Shown here piece by piece: positions 28,864 to 41,709 of a DNA stretch of 64,000 nucleotides (position 1 is the first letter of the stretch; the number at the start of each line of letters is the position of its first letter). The notes beneath the pieces were generated by a model that did no database searches, was not told the origin of the DNA, and saw only the letters and a list, made by a program, of their open reading frames with translations. The translations under genes were made by a program, and so were the position numbers. This stretch comes from Auanema rhodensis (Eukaryota > Animalia > Nematoda), in contig CAXKVF010000082.1 in the NCBI GenBank assembly GCA_964057225.1, forward strand, positions 1 through 64,000. Direction: 5' to 3'.

Positions 28864-31800
28864 GTTACATACCAAGTGCACATCACGTGTACATTTAATT
28901 AGCATAAATTAAAGTTCACGTAAATTTCAAAGTCATGGTTACCATGCACCAATATCAATAAAAATTTGTTTTTAGACTAATATGGACATGGGGAATCTAA
29001 TTTTGAAAACCGCATCTCTTTATCTTTCACGTGAAGCAAGTTACATACCAAGTGCACATCACGTGTACATTTAATTAGCATAAATTTAAGTTCACGTAAA
29101 TTTCAAAGTCATGGTTACCATGAACCAATATCAATAAAAATTTGTTTTTAGACTAATATGGACATGGGGAATCTAATTTTGAAAACCGCATCTCTTTATC
29201 TTTCACGTGTAGCGAGTTACATACCAAGTGCACATCACGTGTTCATTTAATTAGCATAAATTAAAGTTCACGTAAATTTCAAAGTCATGGTTACCATGAA
29301 CCAATATCAATAAAAATTTGTTTTTAGACTAATATGGACATGGGGAATCTAATTTCGAAAACCGCATCTCTTCATCTTTCACGTGAAGCGAGTTACATAC
29401 CAAGTGCACATCACGTGTACATTTAATTAGCATAAATTAAAGTTCACGTAAATTTCAAAGTCATGGTTACCATGCACCAATATCAATAAAAATTTGTTTT
29501 TGAACTAATATGGACATGGGGAATCTAATTTTGAAAACCGCATCTCTTTATCTTTCACGTGAAGCGAGTTACATACCAAGTGCACATCACGTGTACATTT
29601 AATTAGCATAAATTAAAGTTCACGTAAATTTCAAAGTCATGGTTACCATGAACCAATATCAATAAAAATTTGTTTTTAGACTAATATGGACATGGGGAAT
29701 CTAATTTTGAAAACCGCATCTCTTTATCTTTCACGTGAAGCGAGTTACATACCAAGTGCACATCACGTGTACATTTAATTAGCATAAATTAAAGTTCACG
29801 TAAATTTCAAAGTCATGGTTACCATGAACCAATATCAATGAAAATTTGTTTTTAGACTAATATGGACATGGGGAATCTAATTTTGAAAACCGCATCTCTT
29901 CATCTTTCACGTGAAGCGAGTTACATACCAAGTGCACATCACGTGTACATTTAATTAGCATAAATTAAAGTTCACGTAAATTTCAAAGTCATGGTTACCA
30001 TGCACCAATATCAATAAAAATTTGTTTTTAGACTAATATGGACATGGGGAATCTAATTTTGAAAACCGCATCTCTTTATCTTTCACGTGAAGCGAGTTAC
30101 ATACCAAGTGCACATCACGTGTACATTTAATTAGCATAAATTAAAGTTCACGTAAATTTCAAAGTCATGGTTACCATGAACCAATATCAATAAAAATTTG
30201 TTTTTAGACTAATATGGACATGGGGAATCTAATTTTGAAAACCGCATCTCTTTATCTTTCACGTGAAGCGAGTTACATACCAAGTGCACATCACGTGTAC
30301 ATTTAATTAGCATAAATTAAAGTTCACGTAAATTTCAAAGTCATGGTTACCATGAACCAATATCAATAAAAATTTGTTTTTAGACTAATATGGACATGGG
30401 GAATCTAATTTTGAAAACCGCATCTCTTTATCTTTCACGTGAAGCGAGTTACATACCAAGTGCACATCACGTGTACATTTAATTAGCATAAATTAAAGTT
30501 CACGTAAATTTCAAAGTCATGGTTACCATGAACCAATATCGATAAAAATTTGTTTTTAGACTAATATGGACATGGGGAATCTGATTTTGAAAACCGCATC
30601 TCTTTATCTTTCACGTGAAGCGAGTTACATACCAAGTGCACATCACGTGTACATTTAATTAGCATAAATTAAAGTTCACGTATATTTCAAAGTCATGGTT
30701 ACCATGAACTAATATCAATAAAAATTTGTTTTTAGACTAATATGGACATGAGGAATCTAATTTTGAAAACCGCATCTCTTTATCTTTCACGTGAAGCGAG
30801 TTACATACCAAGTGCACATTATGTGTACATTTAATTAGCATAAATTAAAGTTCACGTAAATTTCAAAGTCATGGTTACCATGCACCAATATCAATAAAAA
30901 TTTGTTTTTAGACTAATATGGACATGGGGAATCTAATTTTGAAAACCGCATCTCTTTATCTTTCACGTGAAGCGAGTTACATACCAAGTGCACATCACGT
31001 GTACATTTAATTAGCATAAATTAAAGTTCACGTAAATTTCAAAGTCATGGTTACCATGAACCAATATCAATAAAAATTTGTTTTTAGACTAATATGGACA
31101 TGGGGAATCTAATTTTGAAAACCGCATCTCTTTATCTTTCACGTGAAGCAAGTTACATACCAAGTGCACATCATGTGTACATTTAATTAGCATAAATTAA
31201 AGTTCACGTAAATTTCAAAGTCATGGTTACCATGCACCAATATCAATAAAAATTTGTTTTTAGACTAATATGGACATGGGGAATCTAATTTTGAAAACCG
31301 CATCTCTTTATCTTTCACGTGAAGCGAGTTACATACCAAGTGCACATCACGTGTACATTTAATTAGCATAAATTAAAGTTCACGTAAATTTCAAAGTCAT
31401 GGTTACCATGAACCAATATCAATAGAAATTTGTTTTTAGACTAATATGGACATGGGGAATCTAATTTTGACAACCGCATCTCTTTATCTTTCACGTGAAG
31501 CGAGTTACATACCAAGTGCACATCACGTGTACATTTAATTAGCATAAATTAAAGTTCACTTAAATTTCAAAGTCATGGTTACCATGAACCAATATCAATA
31601 AAAATTTGTTTTTAGACTAATATGGACATGGGGAATCTAATTTTGAAAACCGCATCTCTTTATCTTTCACGTGAAGCGAGTTACATACCAAGTGCACATC
31701 ACGTGTACATTTAATTAGCATAAATTAAAGTTCACGTAAATTTCAAAGTCATGGTTACCATGAACCAATATCAATAAAAATTTGTTTTTAGACTAATATG

Positions 31801-34800
31801 GACATGGGGAATCTAATTTTGAAAACCGCATCTCTTTATCTTTCACGTGAAGCGAGTTACATACCAAGTGCACATCACGTGTACATTTAATTAGCATAAA
31901 TTAAAGTTCACGTAAATTTCAAAGTCATGGTTACCATGCACCAATATCAATAAAAATTTGTTTTTAGACTAATATGGTCAAGGGGAATCTAATTTTGAAA
32001 ACCGCATCTCTTTATCTTTCACGTGAAGCGAGTTACATACCAAGTGCACATCACGTGTACATTTAATTAGCATAAATTAAAGTTCACGTAAATTTCAAAG
32101 TCATGGTTACCATGAACCAATATCAATAAAAATTTGTTTTTAGACTAATATGGACATGGGGAATCTAATTTTGAAAACCGCATCTCTTTATCTTTCACGT
32201 GAAGCGAGTTACATACCAAGTGCACATCACGTGTACATTTAATTAGCATAAATTAAAGTTCACGTAAATTTCAAAGTCATGGTTACCATGAACTAATATC
32301 AATAAAAATTTGTTTTTAGACTAATATGGACATGGGGAATCTAATTTTGAAAACCGCATCTCTTTATCTTTCACGTGAAGCGAGTTACATACCAAGTGCA
32401 CATCACGTGTACATTTAATTAGCATAAATTAAAGTTCACGTAAATTTCAAAGTCATGGTTACCATGAAGCAATATCAATAAAAATTTGTTTTTAGACTAA
32501 TATGGACAGGGGGAATCTAATTTTGAAAACCGCATCTCTTTATCTTTCACGTGAAGCGAGTTACATACCAAGTGCACATCACGTGTACATTTAATTAGCA
32601 TAAATTAAAGTTCACGTAAAATTCAAAGTCATGGTTACCATGAACCAATATCAATAAAAATTTGTTTTTAGACTAATATGGACATGGGGAATCTAATTTT
32701 GAAAACCGCATCTCTTTATCTTTCACGTGAAGCGAGTTACATACCAAGTGCACATCACGTGTACATTTAATTAGCATAAATTAAAGTTCACGTAAAATTC
32801 AAAGTCATGGTTACCATGCACCAATATCAATAAAAATTTGTTTTTAGACTAATATGGACATGGGGAATCTAATTTAGAAAACCGCATCTCTTTATCTTTC
32901 ACGTGAAGCGAGTTACATACCAAGTGCACATCACGTGTACATTTAATTAGCATAAATTAAAGTTCACGTAAAATTCAAAGTCATGGTTACCATGAACCAA
33001 TATCAATAAAAATTTGTTTTTAGACTAATATGGACATGGGGAATCTAATTTTGAAAACCGCATCTCTTTATCTTTCACGTGAAGCGAGTTACATACCAAG
33101 TGCACATCACGTGTACATTTAATTAGCATAAATTAAAGTTCACGTAAATTTCAAAGTCATGGTTACCATGCACCAATATCAATAAAAATTTGTTTTTAGA
33201 CTAATATGGACATGGGGAATCTAATTTTGAAAACCGCATCTCTTTATCTTTCACGTGAAGCGAGTTACATACCAAGTGCACATCACGTGTACATTTAATT
33301 AGCATAAATTAAAGTTCACGTAAATTTCAAAGTCATGGTTACCATGCACCAATATCAATAAAAATTTGTTTTTAGACTAATGTGGACATGGGGAATCTAA
33401 TTTTGAAAACCGCATCTCTTTATCTTTCACGTGAAGCGAGTTACATACCAAGTGCACATCACGTGTACATTTAATTAGCATAAATTAAAGTTCACGTAAA
33501 ATTCAAAGTCATGGTTACCATGAACCAATATCAATAAAAATTTGTTTTTAGACTAATATGGACATGGGGGATCTAATTTTGAAAACCGCATCTCTTCATC
33601 TTTCACGTGAAGCGAGTTACATACCAAGTGCACATCACGTGTACATTTAATTAGCATAAATTAAAGTTCACGTAAATTTCAAAGTCATGGTTACCATGAA
33701 CCAATATCAATAAAAATTTGTTTTTAGACTAATATGGACATGGGGAATCTAATTTTGAAAACCGCATCTCTTTATCTTTCACGTGAAGCGAGTTACATAC
33801 CAAGTGCACATCACGTGTACATTTAATTAGCATAAATTAAAGTTCACGTAAATTTCAAAGTCATGGTTACCATGAACCAATATCAATAAAAATTTGTTTT
33901 TAGACTAATATGGACATGGGGAATCTAATTTTGAAAACCGCATCTCTTTATCTTTCACGTGAAGCGAGTTACATACCAAGTGCACATCAGGTGTACATTT
34001 AATTAGCATAAATTAAAGTTCACGTAAATTTCAAAGTCATGGTTACCATGAACCAATATCAATAAAAATTTGTTTTTAGACTAATATGGACATGGGGAAT
34101 CTAATTTTGAAAACCGCATCTCTTTATCTTTCACGTGAAGCGAGTTACATACCAAGTGCACATCACGTGTACATTTAATTAGCATAAATTAAAGTTCACG
34201 TAAATTTCAAAGTCATGGTTACCATGAACCAATATCAATAAAAATTTGTTTTTAGACTAATATGGACATGGGGAATCTAATTTTGAAAACCGCATCTCTT
34301 TATCTTTCACGTGAAGCGAGTTACATACCAAGTGCACATCAGGTGTACATTTAATTAGCATAAATTAAAGTTCACGTAAATTTCAAAGTCATGGTTACCA
34401 TAAACCAATATCAATAAAAATTTGTTTTTAGACTAATATGGACATGGGGAATCTAATTTTGAAAACCGCATCTCTTTATCTTTCACGTGAAGCGAGTTAC
34501 ATACCAAGTGCACATCACGTGTACATTTAATTAGCATAAATTAAAGTTCACGTAAATTTCAAAGTCATGGTTACCATGAACCAATATCAATAAAAATTTG
34601 TTTTTAGACTAATATGGACATGGGGAATCTAATTTTGAAAACCGCATCTCTTTATCTTTCACGTGAAGCGAGTTACATACCAAGTGCACATCAGGTGTAC
34701 ATTTAATTAGCATAAATTAAAGTTCACGTAAATTTCAAAGTCATGGTTACCATGAACCAATATCAATAAAAATTTGTTTTTAGACTAATATGGACATGGG

Positions 34801-36079
34801 GAATCTAATTTTGAAAACCGCATCTCTTTATCTTTCACGTGAAGCGAGTTACATACCAAGTGCACATCACGTGTACATTTAATTAGCATAAATTAAAGTT
34901 CACGTAAATTTCAAAGTCATGGTTACCATGAACCAATATCAATAAAAATTTGTTTTTAGACTAATATGGACATGGGGAATCTAATTTTGAAAACCGCATC
35001 TCTTTATCTTTCACGTGAAGCGAGTTACATACCAAGTGCACATCACGTGTACATTTAATTAGCATAAATTAAAGTTCACGTAAATTTCAAAGTCATGGTT
35101 ACCATGAACCAATATCAATAAAAATTTGTTTTTAGACTAATATGGACATGGGGAATCTAATTTTGAAAACCGCATCTCTTTATCTTTCACGTGAAGCGAG
35201 TTACATACCAAGTGCACATCAGGTGTACATTTAATTAGCATAAATTAAAGTTCACGTAAATTTCAAAGTCATGGTTACCATGAACCAATATCAATAAAAA
35301 TTTGTTTTTAGACTAATATGGACATGGGGAATCTAATTTTGAAAACCGCATCTCTTTATCTTTCACGTGAAGCGAGTTACATACCAAGTGCACATCAGGT
35401 GTACATTTAATTAGCATAAATTAAAGTTCACGTAAATTTCAAAGTCATGGTTACCATGAACCAATATCAATAAAAATTTGTTTTTAGACTAATATGGACA
35501 TGGGGAATCTAATTTTGAAAACCGCATCTCTTTATCTTTCACGTGAAGCGAGTTACATACCAAGTGCACATCACGTGTACATTTAATTAGCATAAATTAA
35601 AGTTCACGTAAATTTCAAAGTCATGGTTACCATGCACCAATATCAATAAAAATTTGTTTTTAGACTAATATGGACATGGGGAATCTAATTTTGAAAACCG
35701 CATCTCTTTATCTTTCACGTGAAGCGAGTTACATACCAAGTGCACATCACGTGTACATTTAATTAGCATAAATTAAAGTTCACGTAAATTTCAAAGTCAT
35801 GGTTACCATGCACCAATATCAATAAAAATTTGTTTTTAGACTAATATGGACATGGGGAATCTAATTTTGAAAACCGCATCTCTTTATCTTTCACGTGAAG
35901 CGAGTTACATACCAAGTGCACATCACGTGTACATTTAATTAGCATAAATTAAAGTTCACGTAAATTTCAAAGTCATGGTTACCATGAACCAATATCAATA
36001 AAAATTTGTTTTTAGACTAATATGGACATGGGGAATCTAATTTTGAAAACCGCATCTCTTTATCTTTCACGTGAAGCGA

Positions 36080-39000
36080 GTTACATACCAAGTGCACATC
36101 ACGTGTACATTTAATTAGCATAAATTAAAGTTCACGTAAATTTCAAAGTCATGGTTACCATGAAGCAATATCGATAAAAATTTGTTTTTAGACTAATATG
36201 GACATGGGGAATCTAATTTTGAAAACCGCATCTCTTTATCTTTCACGTGAAGCGAGTTACATACCAAGTGCACATCACGTGTACATTTAATTAGCATAAA
36301 TTAAAGTTCACGTAAATTTCAAAGTCATGGTTACCATGAAGCAATATCAATAAAAATTTGTTTTTAGACTAATATGGACATGGGGAATCTAATTTTGAAA
36401 ACCGCATCTCTTTATCTTTCACGTGAAGCGAGTTACATACCATGTGCACATCACGTGTACATTTAATTAGCATAAATTAAAGTTCACGTAAATTTCAAAG
36501 TCATGGTTACCATGAAGCAATATCAATAAAAATTTGTTTTTAGACTAATATGGACATGGGGAATCTAATTTCGAAAACCGCATCTCTTTATCTTTCACGT
36601 GAAGCGAGTTACATACCATGTGCACATCACGTGTACATTTAATTAGCATAAATTAAAGTTCACGTAAATTTCAAAGTCATGGTTACCATGAACCAATATC
36701 AATAAAAATTTGTTTTTAGACTAATATGGACATGGGCAATCTAATTTTGAAAACCGCATCTCTTTATCTTTCACGTGAAGCGAGTTACATACCAAGTGCA
36801 CATCACGTGTACATTTAATTAGCATAAATTAAAATTCACGTAAATTTCAAAGTCATGGTTACCATGCACCAATATCAATAAAAATTTGTTTTCAGACTAA
36901 TATGGACATGGGGAATCTAATTTTGAAAACCGCATCTCTTTATCTTTCACGTGAAGCGAGTTACATACCGAGTGCACATCACGTGTACATTTAATTAGCA
37001 TAAATTAAAGTTCACGTAAATTTCAAAGTCATGGTTACCATGCACCAATATCAATAAAAATTTGTTTTTAGACTAATATGGACATGGGGAATCTAATTTT
37101 GAAAACCGCATCTCTTTATCTTTCACGTGAAGCGAGTTACATACCAAGTGCACATCACGTGTACATTTAATTAGCATAAATTAAAGTTCACGTAAATTTC
37201 AAAGTCATGGTTACCATGAACCAATATCAATAAAAATTTGTTTTTAGACTAATATGGACATGGGGAATCTAATTTTGAAAACCGCATCTCTTTATCTTTC
37301 ACGTGAAGCGAGTTACATACCAAGTGCACATCACGTGTACATTTAATTAGCATAAATTAAAGTTCACGTAAATTTCAAAGTCATGGTTACCATGAAGCAA
37401 TATCAATAAAAATTTGTTTTTAGACTAATATGGACATGGGAAATCTAATTTTGAAAACCGCATCTCTTTATCTTTCACGTGAAGCGAGTTACATACCAAG
37501 TGCACATCACGTGTACATTTAATTAGCATAAATTAAAGTTCACGTAAATTTCAAAGTCATGGTTACCATGAACCAATATCAATAAAAATTTGTTTTTAGA
37601 CTAATATGGACATGGGGAATCTAATTTTAAAACCGCATCTCTTTATCTTTCACGTGAAGCGAGTTACATACCAAGTGCACATCACGTGTACATTTAATTA
37701 GCATAAATTAAAGTTCACGTAAATTTCAAAGTCATGGTTACCATGAAGCAATATCGATAAAAATTTGTTTTTAGACTAATATGGACATGGGCAATCTAAT
37801 TTTGAAAACCGCATCTCATTATCTTTCACGTGAAGCGAGTTACATACCAAGTGCACATCACGTGTACATTTAATTAGCATAAATTAAAGTTCACGTAAAT
37901 TTCAAAGTCATGGTTACCATGCACCAATATCAATAAAAATTTGTTTTCAGACTAATATGGACATGATGAATCTAATTTTGAAAACCGCATCTCTTTATCT
38001 TTCACGTGAAGCGAGTTACATACCGAGTGCACATCACGTGTACATTTAATTAGCATAAATTAAAGTTCACGTAAATTTCAAAGTCATGGTTACCATGCAC
38101 CAATATCAATAAAAATTTGTTTTTAGACTAATATGGACATGGGGAATCTAATTTTGAAAACAGCATCTCTTTATCTTTCACGTGAAGCGAGTTACATACC
38201 AAGTGCACATCACGTGTACATTTAATTAGCATAAATTAAAGTTCACGTAAATTTCAAAGTCATGGTTACCATGAACCAATATCAATAAAAATTTGTTTTT
38301 AGACTAATATGGACATGGGGAATCTAATTTTGAAAACCGCATCTCTTTATCTTTCACGTGAAGCGAGTTACATACCAAGTGCACATCACGTGTACATTTA
38401 ATTAGCATAAATTAAAGTTCACGTAAATTTCAAAGTCATGGTTACCATGAAGCAATATCAATAAAAATTTGTTTTTAGACTAATATGGACATGGGAAATC
38501 TAATTTTGAAAACCGCATCTCTTTATCTTTCACGTGAAGCGAGTTACATACCAAGTGCACATCACGTGTACATTTAATTAGCATAAATTAAAGTTCACGT
38601 AAATTTCAAAGTCATGGTTACCATGAACCAATATCAATAAAAATTTGTTTTTAGACTAATATGGACATGGGGAATCTAATTTTAAAACCGCATCTCTTTA
38701 TCTTTCACGTGAAGCGAGTTACATACCAAGTGCACATCACGTGTACATTTAATTAGCATAAATTAAAGTTCACGTAAATTTCAAAGTCATGGTTACCATG
38801 AAGCAATATCGATAAAAATTTGTTTTTAGACTAATATGGACATGGGGAATCTAATTTTGAAAACCGCATCTCTTTATCTTTCACGTGAAGCGAGTTACAT
38901 ACCAAGTGCACATCACGTGTACATTTAATTAGCATAAATTAAAGTTCACGTAAATTTCAAAGTCATGGTTACCATGAAGCAATATCAATAAAAATTTGTT

Positions 39001-41357
39001 TTTAGACTAATATGGACATGGGGAATCTAATTTTGAAAACCGCATCTCTTTATCTTTCACGTGAAGCGAGTTACATACCAAGTGCACATCACGTGTACAT
39101 TTAATTAGCATAAATTAAAGTTCACGTAAATTTCAAAGTCATGGTTACCATGCACCAATATCAATAAAAATTTGTTTTCAGACTAATATGGACATGGGGA
39201 ATCTAATTTTGAAAACCGCATCTCTTTATCTTTCACGTGAAGCGAGTTACATACCGAGTGCACATCACGTGTACATTTAATTAGCATAAATTAAAGTTCA
39301 CGTAAATTTCAAAGTCATGGTTACCATGCACCAATATCAATAAAAATTTGTTTTTAGACTAATATGGACATGGGGAATCTAATTTTGAAAACCGCATCTC
39401 TTTATCTTTCACGTGAAGCGAGTTACATACCAAGTGCACATCACGTGTACATTTAATTAGCATAAATTAAAGTTCACGTAAATTTCAAAGTCATGGTTAC
39501 CATGCACCAATATCAATAAAAATTTGTTTTTAGACTAATATGGACATGGGGAATCTAATTTTGAAAACCGCATCTCTTTATCTTTCACGTGAAGCGAGTT
39601 ACATACCAAGTGCACATCACGTGTACATTTAATTAGCATAAATTAAAGTTCACGTAAATTTCAAAGTCATGGTTACCATGAACCAATATCAATAAAAATT
39701 TGTTTTTAGACTAATATGGACATGGGGAATCTAATTTTGAAAACCGCATCTCTTTATCTTTCACGTGAAGCGAGTTACATACCAAGTGCACATCACGTGT
39801 ACATTTAATTAGCATAAATTAAAGTTCACGTAAATTTCAAAGTCATGGTTACCATGAAGCAATATCAATAAAAATTTGTTTTTAGACTAATATGGAGATG
39901 GGAAATCTAATTTTGAAAACCGCATCTCTTTATCTTTCACGTGAAGCGAGTTACATACCAAGTGCACATCACGTGTACATTTAATTAGCATAAATTAAAG
40001 TTCACGTAAATTTCAAAGTCATGGTTACCATGAACCAATATCAATAAAAATTTGTTTTTAGACTAATATGGACATGGGGAATCTAATTTTGAAAACCGCA
40101 TCTCTTTATCTTTCACGTGAAGCGAGTTACATACCATGTGCACATCACGTGTACATTTAATTAGCATAAATTAAAGTTCACGTAAATTTCAAAGTCATGG
40201 TTACCATGAAGCAATATCAATAAAAATTTGTTTTTAGACTAATATGGACATGGGGAATCTAATTTCAAAAACCGCATCTCTTTATCTTTCACGTGAAGCG
40301 AGTTACATACCATGTGCACATCACGTGTACATTTAATTAGCATAAATTAAAGTTCACGTAAATTTCAAAGTCATGGTTACCATGAACCAATATCAATAAA
40401 AATTTGTTTTTAGACTAATATGGACATGGGCAATCTAATTTTGAAAACCGCATCTCTTTATCTTTCACGTGAAGCGAGTTACATACCAAGTGCACATCAC
40501 GTGTACATTTAATTAGCATAAATTAAAGTTCACGTAAATTTCAAAGTCATGGTTACCATGCACCAATATCAATAAAAATTTGTTTTCAGACTAATATGGA
40601 CATGGGGAATCTAATTTTGAAAACCGCATCTCTTTATCTTTCACGTGAAGCGAGTTACATACCGAGTGCACATCACGTGTACATTTAATTAGCATAAATT
40701 AAAGTTCACGTAAATTTCAAAGTCATGGTTACCATGCACCAATATCAATAAAAATTTGTTTTTAGACTAATATGGACATGGGGAATCTAATTTTGAAAAC
40801 CGCATCTCTTTATCTTTCACGTGAAGCGAGTTACATACCAAGTGCACATCACGTGTACATTTAATTAGCATAAATTAAAGTTCACGTAAATTTCAAAGTC
40901 ATGGTTACCATGAACCAATATCAATAAAAATTTGTTTTTAGACTAATATGGACATGGGGAATCTAATTTTGAAAACCGCATCTCTTTATCTTTCACGTGA
41001 AGCGAGTTACATACCAAGTGCACATCACGTGTACATTTAATTAGCATAAATTAAAGTTCACGTAAATTTCAAAGTCATGGTTACCATGAAGCAATATCAA
41101 TAAAAATTTGTTTTTAGACTAATATGGACATGGGAAATCTAATTTTGAAAACCGCATCTCTTTATCTTTCACGTGAAGCGAGTTACATACCAAGTGCACA
41201 TCACGTGTACATTTAATTAGCATAAATTAAAGTTCACGTAAATTTCAAAGTCATGGTTACCATGAACCAATATCAATAAAAATTTGTTTTTAGACTAATA
41301 TGGACATGGGGAATCTAATTTTGAAAACCGCATCTCTTTATCTTTCACGTGAAGCGA
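36080..41357. repeat. Satellite sub-domain B (G86, C110, G11, A130, T12, del142) with an irregular 6-8-mer higher-order repeat
   Basis: The cassette C84+C110 (TTTTCAGAC) followed by G11+C84 (ACCGAGTG) and then G86+A130 starts at 36784, 37839, 39070 and 40478. C110, G11 and T12 were not seen outside this interval. Confidence 0.85.
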
Positions 41358-41709
41358 GTTACATACCAAGTGCACATCACGTGTACATTTAATTAGCATA
41401 AATTAAAGTTCACGTAAATTTCAAAGTCATGGTTACCATGAAGCAATATCAATAAAAATTTGTTTTTAGACTAATATGGACATGGGGAATCTAATTTTAA
41501 ATACCGCATCTCTTTATCTTTCACGTGAAGCGAGTTACATACCAAGTGCACATCACGTGTACATTTAATTAGCATAAATTAAAGTTCACGTAAATTTCAA
41601 AGTCATGGTTACCAGGAAGCAATATCAATACAAATTTGTTTTTAGACTAATATGGACATGGGGAATCTAATTTTGAAAACCGCATCTCTTTATCTTTCAC
41701 GTGAAGCGA

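Larger units (their letters stand above)
1..30447. repeat. Satellite sub-domain A (marker variants T171+T28, A175, C149, C84+C130, C3, C158)
   Basis: GTGTAGCGAG...GTGTTCAT (T171+T28) occurs from 874 to 29243 and never afterwards. AAACCCCATC (C149) spans 6836-27076 and GAGTCACAT (C3) spans 3170-22706. GAAGCAAG (A175) is last seen at 31150. Confidence 0.85.
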
